A stretch of 16,936 nt of DNA from an uncultured Anaerolineales bacterium (GCA_938008865.1 CALLJA010000433.1:1-16936), one strand, 5' to 3'; shown: positions 8,049 to 15,075, numbered from the stretch's first letter. The notes: generated from the letters alone by a model not told the origin. Numbers and translations are program-made.

Positions 8049-9719
8049 TTATCGGCTCTTGTATTTCTCGATGCCATACGCGCGCAACTGCGCCCAGGTC
8101 ATGGTCTGGCTGTCGTCTTTGCGGCGCACGGTGACCATGCGGTCGTTGCACGAGAAGCACGGATCCATGCCCGAGATCATCATGGGCATATCGGCCAGCT
8201 GGTGGCCGACGGCTTTGTTGATCACCGAGGTCCAGTTGCACAGGCTGGGCGTGCGAATCTTGATACGGGTCGGGCTTTCGCCGCCTTCGCTCTTGATAAA
8301 GTAGAAGGCCTCGCCGCGCGGCGCTTCCACACGGCTGACGGTCTCGCCTGCGGGGACCTTGCGCGGGAAGCGCACGGCCAACTCGCCAGCGGGCAGGTTA
8401 TCCACGATGGTGCGGATGGTGAAGCACGAGACCAGCAATTCCTTCAAGCGCACCACGAACTTGGCCTCCAGGTCGCCGCGCTCGTCGGTGATCAGGCTGA
8501 CGGGGAATTTGCCATACGCGCCGTAGGGCGCGTCCACGCGGACGTCGCGTTCGAGGCCCGAGGCGCGGGCGGTCGGTCCGAGCGCGCCGTACAGGATGGC
8601 TTCGTCGCGGGTCATGGTGCCGATGCCGCGCGTGCGCTGCAGGAACATGGCGTCCGAGGTGACCACGTCGAGGTAGTAGCGGATGCGCTCTTCGAGGTAG
8701 TCCATCGCTTTGTGAATGGATTTCGACTGCTCGGGGCCGATATCCTGTTTGACGCCGCCCAGCACGCTGATCGAGTAGTTGACGCGGTTGCCGGTCAGTT
8801 CTTCGAGCAGGTTCATGACGGTCTCGCGGTCGCGCCACGAGTACATGAACAGCGTATCGAAGCCCGCCTCGTGCGCCACGACGCCCAGCCACAACAGGTG
8901 GCTGTGGATGCGCTCCAGGCCCGCCACCAGTTCACGGATGGCCAGGGCGCGCATGGGAACTTCGACCTGCGCCAGTTTCTCCGCGCCCTGGGCGTAGGCG
9001 CTGGTATGGGTGTGCGAGCAGATGCCGCAGATGCGCTCGAGCAGGTACAGGTTCTGGATCCAGTTGCGCTGCTCGGTGGCTTTTTCGATGCCGCGATGGA
9101 CATAGCCCAGGCGCATGCGCGCGCCCGTGATGATCTCACCGTCCACGGCGAACTCGAAGTGGCCCGGCTCCTTGAGGGCGGGATGCTGCGGGCCGATCGG
9201 GACGATGAATTTGTTGCCTACGCGTCCCTGTTCGGGGACCTTCGGGACATCGCGTTCGACGGGCGCGGCGTCTTCGATCTTGAAATCCCTGCGGTTGGGG
9301 AAGACGCCTTCGGGCCAGTCGTCGGGCAGGAAGAGGTGGGTCGGGTCGGGGGTGCCGACCACGATCACGCCGAGCATTTCGCTCAGTTCGCGCTCGTAGA
9401 AGGAAGCCACGGGCACCTGGTCGGCCACCGAGGCGATCTCGGGCTGGCCCTCGCGCGGCAGGCGCACGCGCAGGGACGTGACCGCGGCAGCGTCGCAGAA
9501 GTGGTAGATGGCTTCGAGGCTGCCCGCCTCAGGCCCGAGGTCCAGGCCTGTGATGGCGGAAAGGTAGCCCCAGTCGGCGGCTTTCAGCGCGGCGGTGGCC
9601 TGGGTCAGGTCGGCGGCATCGATGACGATGTCCACACGGTTGGATTCGGGGGTGAGGGTTTCCTTGGTAAAGGGCGCCAGGATCTCTTTGGCGCGTTGGA
9701 GGCGTGCTTCAGTGTTCAT
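8049..9719 (-). CDS. Group 4 [NiFe]-hydrogenase large subunit, fused NuoC-like and NuoD-like domains (HycE/HyfG-type architecture)
   Basis: 556 aa. The N-terminal ~160 aa resemble the NuoC 30-kDa domain (SAITGLD...YHF...SFYERELSEMLGV). The C-terminal part contains GPQHPA, the L1 motif RICGICSHTH and the L2 motif DPCFSCNDR. All four Ni-Fe cysteine ligands are therefore present. A 29-aa extension follows the L2 Arg. Confidence 0.9.
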   Translation of the reverse strand: MNTEARLQRAKEILAPFTKETLTPESNRVDIVIDAADLTQATAALKAADWGYLSAITGLDLGPEAGSLEAIYHFCDAAAVTSLRVRLPREGQPEIASVADQVPVASFYERELSEMLGVIVVGTPDPTHLFLPDDWPEGVFPNRRDFKIEDAAPVERDVPKVPEQGRVGNKFIVPIGPQHPALKEPGHFEFAVDGEIITGARMRLGYVHRGIEKATEQRNWIQNLYLLERICGICSHTHTSAYAQGAEKLAQVEVPMRALAIRELVAGLERIHSHLLWLGVVAHEAGFDTLFMYSWRDRETVMNLLEELTGNRVNYSISVLGGVKQDIGPEQSKSIHKAMDYLEERIRYYLDVVTSDAMFLQRTRGIGTMTRDEAILYGALGPTARASGLERDVRVDAPYGAYGKFPVSLITDERGDLEAKFVVRLKELLVSCFTIRTIVDNLPAGELAVRFPRKVPAGETVSRVEAPRGEAFYFIKSEGGESPTRIKIRTPSLCNWTSVINKAVGHQLADMPMMISGMDPCFSCNDRMVTVRRKDDSQTMTWAQLRAYGIEKYKSR

Positions 9720-10252
9720 GCTTGCTCTCCCAGTTGGGGTTTGATCGGCTCGGGGCGGGTGCCGTTCTTGAGGTGCGTCAGCAGTTTGACGACGCCGTCG
9801 ATGATGGCTTCGGGGCGCGGCGGGCAGCCTGGGATGTAGGCGTCCACGGGCAGGACCTCGTCAATGTGGCCGACGATGTTGTAACAGCCCGCAAAAGTGC
9901 CGCCCGAAATACCGCACGAGCCGACAGCCACCACGAACTTGGGCTCGGGCATCTGCTCGTAGATGCGCAGCAAACGGTCGCGCGCCTGGCGGGTGACGGG
10001 ACCCGTGCAGACCAGCACGTCCGCGTGGCGGGGGCTGCCCTTGAGCTTGATGCCAAAGCGCTCGATGTCGTAATACGGCGTGAGCGTGGCCAGGATCTCG
10101 ATATCGCAGCCGTTGCACGAGCCGCTGTTGAAGTGGATGATCCACGGCGAGTTGACGCGCGCCCAGGTGGTGATGCCCGACACGACTCGGTTGATCAGGT
10201 TTGGAGTTGCGATCATAGGTTTACTCGGTTCTCCCATTTCGATGGGAATCAT
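9716..10252 (-). CDS. [NiFe]-hydrogenase small subunit (NuoB / HycG / EchC-like)
   Basis: Cysteine ligands for one [4Fe-4S] cluster are present: GSCNGCDIE (hydrogenase-type CxxC, not the tandem CC of NuoB), VGSCGISGG and PGCPPRPE. The stop overlaps the large-subunit start as ATGA. The start is uncertain: GTG 10288 (no SD), ATG 10252 (GGAAGG upstream) or ATG 10216 (GGGAGAA upstream). Confidence 0.85.
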   Translation of the reverse strand: MIPIEMGEPSKPMIATPNLINRVVSGITTWARVNSPWIIHFNSGSCNGCDIEILATLTPYYDIERFGIKLKGSPRHADVLVCTGPVTRQARDRLLRIYEQMPEPKFVVAVGSCGISGGTFAGCYNIVGHIDEVLPVDAYIPGCPPRPEAIIDGVVKLLTHLKNGTRPEPIKPQLGEQA

Positions 10253-10285
10253 CCACGGTTTGGCCTTCCACAACCAAAATCTCAC

Positions 10286-10331
10286 CACGGAGGCACGGAA
10301 GCACGGAGTTTTTAATCTCGGTGTCTCCGTG
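10286..10331 (-). repeat. Three tandem 8-mers plus one inverted copy in the only sizeable intergenic gap inside the operon
   Basis: On the plus strand: cacggagg (10286-10293), cacggaag (10294-10301), cacggagt (10302-10309), 15 nt, then ctccgtg (10325-10331). On the mRNA strand one CACGGAG can pair with any of three downstream CUCCGUG/UUCCGUG copies. The last copy is followed by GUGAGAUUUUGGUUG. Confidence 0.6.
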
Positions 10332-10378
10332 TCTCAGTGGTTTGCTCGAATGGGCAGGCGAAATACATGGGTTCATTT

Positions 10379-10693
10379 TTATCCAAGGATCAAGGCGATC
10401 AGGGCCAGGATCAGCCCGCCGATGTACACACCGGTAAACGGCGAGAATCCGCTGGTGCCGATCATCAGCACGCCCAGGTGCAGCACCGCGAAGAACAGCG
10501 CCACCTTGAAGAACGGACGGTAGCCAGGCGCGGCGGGTTCGGTATCGTGCTCTTCGCCGCCCGCATAGCGTTCGCGCTTGCTCACGGCCGCCTTGCCGCG
10601 CGACGAGATGCCCCAGCCGATCAGCGAGAGAATGGCGACCAGCGCCATGTAGAACGTGAGGGCGACCACGGGGGAAAGGATCAAATCAGCCAT
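10379..10693 (-). CDS. Small three-TM membrane subunit, tentatively NuoA/ND3-like
   Basis: 104 aa starting at ATG. Layout is TM1, a charged loop (KRERYAGGEEHD, compare K..P[YF]E[CS]G of NuoA), then two hydrophobic helices (FFKVALFFAVLHLGVLMI, compare F.V.FYLVA.LF..FD.E). The assignment rests on pattern similarity and operon context only. Confidence 0.5.
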   Translation of the reverse strand: MADLILSPVVALTFYMALVAILSLIGWGISSRGKAAVSKRERYAGGEEHDTEPAAPGYRPFFKVALFFAVLHLGVLMIGTSGFSPFTGVYIGGLILALIALILG

Positions 10694-10704
10694 GTGTCAC
10701 CATC

Positions 10705-12228
10705 CTATTTGAAGATACTCATCAGGGCCGCGCCCGCGGGCTCGGTCAGCCAGTTCATCAGCGATGGGAACAGGCCGAGCACCACCACGGCCAGCGCCAT
10801 CAACAGCAGGGGCAGTTGCAGGGTCCAGCTAATCGAGGCCGAGCCTTTCTTCACCGACCTGGCGGTCACACGCCGATACATACGGTTGACCAGCGGCGCG
10901 TAGTAGGCCAGCGAGATTACGCTGTTGACGGCCGCAAAGACCACGAAGCCCATCAGCCAGCCGTCCCCGCTCTGGAAGCCCGCCACGAAGATCTGCCACT
11001 TGGACATGAAGCCCGCCAGCGGGGGAAGTCCGCCCAGGGCCAGCAGCGCGATGCTCAGCGAAAGCGCCACCCACGGGTAACGGGTGGAGATGCCGTTCAG
11101 GTCGTGCGCCACCAGCGGACGGTGGATGCCCTGCTCGTGGAACAGCGCGTACATCACCGCGCCCACCGCCAGGAAGGCCAGCCCCTTCATCAGCATGTGC
11201 GTGAAGAGGTGGAAGGAGGCGCCCTGCGCGCCAGCGGGCTGCCCGCTGACCAGGGCAATGCCCAGGCCCATCAGGATGTAGCCAATGTGGCTCAGGCTGG
11301 AGAAGGCCAGCATGCGCTTGACCTGCGTCTGCTGCAACGCCAGCAGGTTGCCGTACAGCATGTTCAAGGCGCCAAAGGCCAACAGCAGCCAGCCCCAGGA
11401 GAGCGAATAACCCGTCAGCGTGGAGAGGGCGCGCAGCATGGCCACCAGGCCCGCCTCGATGACCACGCCCGAGAGCATGGCGCTGATCCCGCTCGGGGCC
11501 TGCGAGTGCGCGTCGGGCAGCCAGGTGTGCAGCGGCACCATCGCTACCTTCACGCCGAAGCCGATGAAGAACAGCGCGCCCGCCGCCAGCAGCCCAACCT
11601 GGTTGAGCTCCATCGTGCCGACCATCAAGCGGATCTGGTCCATGTCGAGCGTGCCCGTCTGCGCCAGCACCAGCGCGACGCCCAACAGGGCCAGCGCCGA
11701 GCCGACCGCGCTCTGCACCACGTACTTCATGCCCGCTTCAAGCGAGCCAGGCTGTTCGCGGTAGAATGCCACCAGCAGGTACGACGAAACCGCCATGGCC
11801 TCGAACCAGACCCACAGGTTGAACAGGTCGTTGGCGCAGCCCAGGCCGATCATCAGGCCGATCATGGCCAGCAGCATGGCGTAGTATTTTTCCTCGCCGA
11901 AATCGCCCGCCATGTAACGGCCCGAGAACAGGATCGCCAGCGTGCCAAGCGTCAGCACCATGGCGGCCAGCAGGAAGCTGATGCCGTCCATTTGCAGCCA
12001 GATGCTCTCGATATTGAAGAACATGCGCCTGCCGCCCGCCTGGAACTCCAGCCACAAATTGACGAACGGGAACCAGGTGGCCGCCACGGCCAGCAGGGCC
12101 AGGAAGCGCACGATCCAGCCCTGGCGGGTCAACACCTGCGCGCGCGTGGTCAGCCGCCCGAAGAGATACACCACAGGCGACGACACCAGCGGGATGCCGA
12201 CCAGCAAAGTAAACATGGGAATGTTCAT
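10705..12228 (-). CDS. Antiporter-like membrane subunit (NuoM/NuoN / MrpD / HyfD-like)
   Basis: The track ORF is trimmed to ATG 12228 (MNIPMFTLLVGIPL...), which overlaps the upstream stop as ATGA. The extra 48 codons lie inside the NuoL-like gene. HTWLPDAHSQAPSGISAMLSGVVIEAG is the proton-conducting antiporter family signature. 507 aa, polytopic. Confidence 0.85.
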   Translation of the reverse strand: MNIPMFTLLVGIPLVSSPVVYLFGRLTTRAQVLTRQGWIVRFLALLAVAATWFPFVNLWLEFQAGGRRMFFNIESIWLQMDGISFLLAAMVLTLGTLAILFSGRYMAGDFGEEKYYAMLLAMIGLMIGLGCANDLFNLWVWFEAMAVSSYLLVAFYREQPGSLEAGMKYVVQSAVGSALALLGVALVLAQTGTLDMDQIRLMVGTMELNQVGLLAAGALFFIGFGVKVAMVPLHTWLPDAHSQAPSGISAMLSGVVIEAGLVAMLRALSTLTGYSLSWGWLLLAFGALNMLYGNLLALQQTQVKRMLAFSSLSHIGYILMGLGIALVSGQPAGAQGASFHLFTHMLMKGLAFLAVGAVMYALFHEQGIHRPLVAHDLNGISTRYPWVALSLSIALLALGGLPPLAGFMSKWQIFVAGFQSGDGWLMGFVVFAAVNSVISLAYYAPLVNRMYRRVTARSVKKGSASISWTLQLPLLLMALAVVVLGLFPSLMNWLTEPAGAALMSIFK

Positions 12229-13973
12229 GACGCGCTCCAAAGCAAGATACCCAACACAACCACCAGCGCGCCGATGATGCCGACCACGTTCCAGTTCATC
12301 TCGCCCGTCTGGGTCTTCTGTAGAACGGATGCGGACTGGAGCGTGAGCCTGGCAACCTGCGCATTCAACCAATCCAGGCCGAAGCTCTCGCGGCTGAGCG
12401 CTTCCAGCGCCGCGGGCGCGGGAGCCGCCGCCTGCTTCCTGACCATCCAGCTGACCGCCAGCCCGAGCGCCACCACGCCCAACGCGATGTAGGTGGCGGG
12501 CGCGCGGAAGATCTCCTCGGCCAGCGAGCCTAGCGTCAGCACGTGGAATTCATGGAACGGCAGGGTGTGTTCGAGCAGGGACGAGAATGGACCCGCTAAC
12601 AGCCAGGTGGTCAGCGAACCGACCGCCAGGATGCCGAGCGAGACTTTCATGGCCGCGCCCGCGTCATGCGCGTGCAGCGCCTCGCGCGGCTCGCCGAAGA
12701 AGACCATCCAGGTCATGCGCAGGGTGTAGAAAGCCGTCAGGCCCGCGCCGATCAACATGCCGACGTAGGCCCACAGCGGCGTGTGCAGCAAACCCTCTTC
12801 GAGGATGAGTTCCTTGCTCCAGAAGCCGTTCATGATCGGCAGGCCCGCCAGCGCCAGCGCGCCGAGGATGAAGACATTGCGCACGAAAGGCATCTGTTTG
12901 CCGAGGCCGCCCATGCGGCGCATGTCGCGCGTGCCCGCGCTGTGGATGACCGAACCCGCCGCCAGGAACAACAAGGCCTTGAAGACGGCATGGCTCAACA
13001 GATGGAACTGGCTGGCGAAGATTCCGCCCGCGCCGATGGCATAGACCATATAGCCCAACTGACTGACGGTCGAGTAGGCCAGCGCGCGCTTGAGGTCCAT
13101 GGCGGTCAGCGCCATGACGGCCGTGATAAGGGCCGAGATCATGCCGACCAGCATGACCGCGAAGGTCCAGCCAGGGACATGCTCGAAGACAGGGTAAAAA
13201 CGAGCGAGGAGATACACGCCCGCGTTGACCATCGTGGCCGCGTGGATCAGGGCGCTGATGGGTGTCGGCGCTTCCATCGCGTCGGGCAGCCAGGTGTGGA
13301 ACGGGAACTGCGCCGACTTGGCCGCCGCCGCCAGCAGGAACCCGAACCCCATCACGGCCAGCAGGTTGGGGGTCAGTTCGGAGAAACGGGCCAGCAGGTC
13401 GGGGATCTGGTACGTGCCCAGGGTCCCGAAGACGGTCAATGCGCCCGCCAGCAGTCCCACGCCGCCGAACTGGGTGATGATGAGCGCCTTCATGCCGCCC
13501 GCCACCGCCTTGGGGTCGTCGTTGTAGAACGAGATCAGCGCGTAGGAACACAGCGCCGTAATTTCCCAGAAGAAGAACAGGAAGAGCAGGTTGCTGGTCA
13601 GCACCAGGCCCGTCATCGCGCCGATGAAGAGCAGCACGAAGGTGTAGAAGCGGCCCAGTTGGTGCTCGCCGCGCATATAGTCCACGGCAAAGACCACGGC
13701 CAGCGAACCGACCACGCAGGCGATGGCCGCCAGCGCCACCGACAGGCCGTCGGCAATGAAGGTCAGGTCGCCGAAGAGCGCGCCCATCGGCAGGGAGAAG
13801 GCCACGTCACTGGAGGCCTGCGGGATGAGGACCAGCGAGACGAGGCCCGCCAGCACAGAAAAAGAGACAGCCAGCCCGTGTTGCCATTTCGGACGGCTGT
13901 CCCCGACGCGCCAGACCACCAGCGCGCCCAGCCAGGGGATGAGGATTAACGAAAGAACGAGTAGGCCAGTCAT
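12225..13973 (-). CDS. Antiporter-like membrane subunit (NuoL / MrpA-like)
   Basis: 582 aa. HTWLPDAMEAPTPISALIHAATMVNAGVYLLAR closely matches the NuoL signature. After the core comes a long, less hydrophobic C-terminal segment and a final hydrophobic helix (NWNVVGIIGALVVVLGILLW). This resembles the NuoL lateral helix plus terminal TM. Confidence 0.85.
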   Translation of the reverse strand: MTGLLVLSLILIPWLGALVVWRVGDSRPKWQHGLAVSFSVLAGLVSLVLIPQASSDVAFSLPMGALFGDLTFIADGLSVALAAIACVVGSLAVVFAVDYMRGEHQLGRFYTFVLLFIGAMTGLVLTSNLLFLFFFWEITALCSYALISFYNDDPKAVAGGMKALIITQFGGVGLLAGALTVFGTLGTYQIPDLLARFSELTPNLLAVMGFGFLLAAAAKSAQFPFHTWLPDAMEAPTPISALIHAATMVNAGVYLLARFYPVFEHVPGWTFAVMLVGMISALITAVMALTAMDLKRALAYSTVSQLGYMVYAIGAGGIFASQFHLLSHAVFKALLFLAAGSVIHSAGTRDMRRMGGLGKQMPFVRNVFILGALALAGLPIMNGFWSKELILEEGLLHTPLWAYVGMLIGAGLTAFYTLRMTWMVFFGEPREALHAHDAGAAMKVSLGILAVGSLTTWLLAGPFSSLLEHTLPFHEFHVLTLGSLAEEIFRAPATYIALGVVALGLAVSWMVRKQAAAPAPAALEALSRESFGLDWLNAQVARLTLQSASVLQKTQTGEMNWNVVGIIGALVVVLGILLWSAS

Positions 13974-13974
13974 C

Positions 13975-14280
13975 CTAACCTCGCAGGGAAGAGATCTTCG
14001 GAATGTCGAGCGTGCCGAAGCGGATGCGCACCTGCACCGCCAGCGCCAGCGCCACCACGGCCACGATCGTATCGGCCACGATGACGGTCGCCGCCACGCT
14101 CTCGCCGATGCCAGGGTGCCCGCTGACCTTGCCCGCCAGCACGAAGGCCAGCACCACCGACTTGACCAGCAGCTGCAACACCACCACGATCTTGATCAGG
14201 TTGCGGGTGATGAGCAGGCCGTACAGCCCCACGCCGAGCAGGCAGGCCACGGCGATCATCAAAATGTTGAACAGGGTCAT
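13975..14280 (-). CDS. NuoK / ND4L / MrpC-like three-TM subunit
   Basis: The track ORF is trimmed to ATG 14280 (MTLFNILMIAV...), which overlaps the upstream stop as ATGA. 101 aa. GLLITRNLIKIVVVLQLLVKSVVLAFV and the C-terminal ...DIPKISSLRG parallel NuoK as I remember it (..RRNL..ML.GLE.M.NA..LAFV ... MRG). Confidence 0.75.
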   Translation of the reverse strand: MTLFNILMIAVACLLGVGLYGLLITRNLIKIVVVLQLLVKSVVLAFVLAGKVSGHPGIGESVAATVIVADTIVAVVALALAVQVRIRFGTLDIPKISSLRG

Positions 14281-14861
14281 GGCCGTACCTCCGCTTCGGG
14301 GGCCAGGTCGGGCTTGTGCAGGCCCGCTTCCTGGTGGGCGATCACCGCGCTGACCGATTCCAGCGCCTCGGGTTCGATCTCGTCCTCCTTGACGGTCTGG
14401 CTCTCGGTCAGCAGGCCGAGGATGCCCAGCACGCCCGAGAAGATCAGCGCGATCTGAATCCACACGTCGAGGGCGCGCTGTTTCCAGAGCACGTCCACCA
14501 GCAGCAGGTCACGCGTGGCCTGCGGGAGCGGCAGGATCGGCAGGGTCATCCAGCCGACCAGCCCCGCCGCGGCGGCCGCCAGCACAAAGGCCAGCGGCTT
14601 GGGGATGAACGAGGGCGGGTCCTGCGCGTCCTCGCCCACCACGCTCAGGGCGTAGACCAGCAGCACGGTCACCAGGCCCGCGCCCACGCTCAACTCGATC
14701 ACGGCCACTTCGGTCGCGCCGAGCAGGAACAACATCACCGAGACCAGCGCGCTGACCACGGCCAGGTACAGCGCGGAGGCCAGCAAACGCGGCGACCGCA
14801 CTGCCTTGTAAGCGCAGAAGACCGCGCCGAGGCTTAAGAGTACGTAAGGAGCGATTTCCAT
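14277..14861 (-). CDS. NuoJ / ND6-like five-TM subunit with an acidic C-terminal extension
   Basis: 194 aa starting at ATG, preceded by GGAGAG with a 9-nt spacer. Three N-terminal hydrophobic helices (RSPRLLASALYLAVVSALVSVMLFLLGATEVAVIELSVGAGLVTVLLV) are followed by a loop and two further helices. This is the NuoJ topology and pattern (NP..SAL.L ... LGA.F.A..Q..VY.GA). It is the first gene of the operon. Confidence 0.6.
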   Translation of the reverse strand: MEIAPYVLLSLGAVFCAYKAVRSPRLLASALYLAVVSALVSVMLFLLGATEVAVIELSVGAGLVTVLLVYALSVVGEDAQDPPSFIPKPLAFVLAAAAAGLVGWMTLPILPLPQATRDLLLVDVLWKQRALDVWIQIALIFSGVLGILGLLTESQTVKEDEIEPEALESVSAVIAHQEAGLHKPDLAPEAEVRP

Positions 14862-14891
14862 TTGTATAGACTCTCCATCATTCCAGTTGTA

Positions 14892-14935
14892 AGTCTAGCC
14901 GCGTTATTCGTCCTTGTTATGTGAAAATAATCACA
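14892..14935 (-). promoter_or_regulatory. Candidate activator-dependent promoter of the hydrogenase operon: CRP/FNR-family type palindrome plus -10
   Basis: A perfect TGTGA-aaataa-TCACA lies at 14920-14935. On the minus strand it is followed after 22 nt by TAGACT (14897-14892). That places the palindrome centre about 41.5-42.5 nt upstream of the implied start site, with GGAGAG and ATG 14861 following. An alternative promoter, TTGACG-17nt-TATCAG, lies at 14983-14955. Confidence 0.45.
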
Positions 14936-15020
14936 AAATGTCATGCAGTCCTTCCTGATATTTGTTACATCAATGGTCGTCAATAAGTCGAAATAATGGA
15001 AGGGCTGTCTGGTTATTAGG

Positions 15021-15054
15021 AGAAACAAAAAAGCCAGAGAATGCCTTCTCTGGC
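15021..15054 (-). terminator. Rho-independent terminator of the GNAT/membrane-protein bicistron
   Basis: On the minus strand: gccagagaa-ggca-ttctctggc (15054-15033) followed by TTTTTTGTTTCT. It starts 22 nt after the TAA at 15076-15078 and separates this unit from the hydrogenase promoter region. Confidence 0.8.
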
Positions 15055-15075
15055 CTCGAAATCATGCCCGCCCCG

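Noticed and set aside
8047-8241. Upstream extensions of track ORFs: 7135..8241, 10705..12372, 13975..14463 and 15637..16917
   Set aside because: In each case the extra N-terminal codons lie inside the preceding gene or in AT-rich non-coding DNA. An internal ATG gives either an ATGA/short-gap junction with the upstream stop or a strong SD (AAGGAG for 16773). The conserved or hydrophobic part of each protein starts at that internal Met.
6785-8304. 430-aa minus-strand ORF 6785..8077 and 469-aa plus-strand ORF 6895..8304
   Set aside because: These are alternative or antisense frames across the NuoI-like and NuoH-like genes. They are Arg/Pro/Gly-rich with no motifs. The chosen frames carry Fe-S cysteine motifs and a NuoH signature.
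8202-13949. Long plus-strand ORFs 8202..9839, 9704..10315, 10816..12492 and 12666..13949
   Set aside because: They are antisense to hydrogenase subunit genes that have unambiguous family signatures. The compositions (Arg/Gly/His/Asp/Gln-rich) are typical of GC-rich antisense frames.
6243-14861. Reading the operon as NADH:quinone oxidoreductase (nuo, complex I)
   Set aside because: The NuoD-like protein keeps all four Ni-Fe-ligating cysteines. The NuoB-like protein has CxxC instead of the tandem CC. A hydrogenase maturation protease is co-encoded. NuoE/F/G and the third antiporter-like subunit are absent.
14834-15028. 64-aa minus-strand ORF in the AT-rich region upstream of the hydrogenase operon
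   Set aside because: It spans the predicted promoter, palindrome and SD of the NuoJ-like gene and runs into that gene's start. It has no SD of its own, and its composition reflects AT-rich non-coding DNA.
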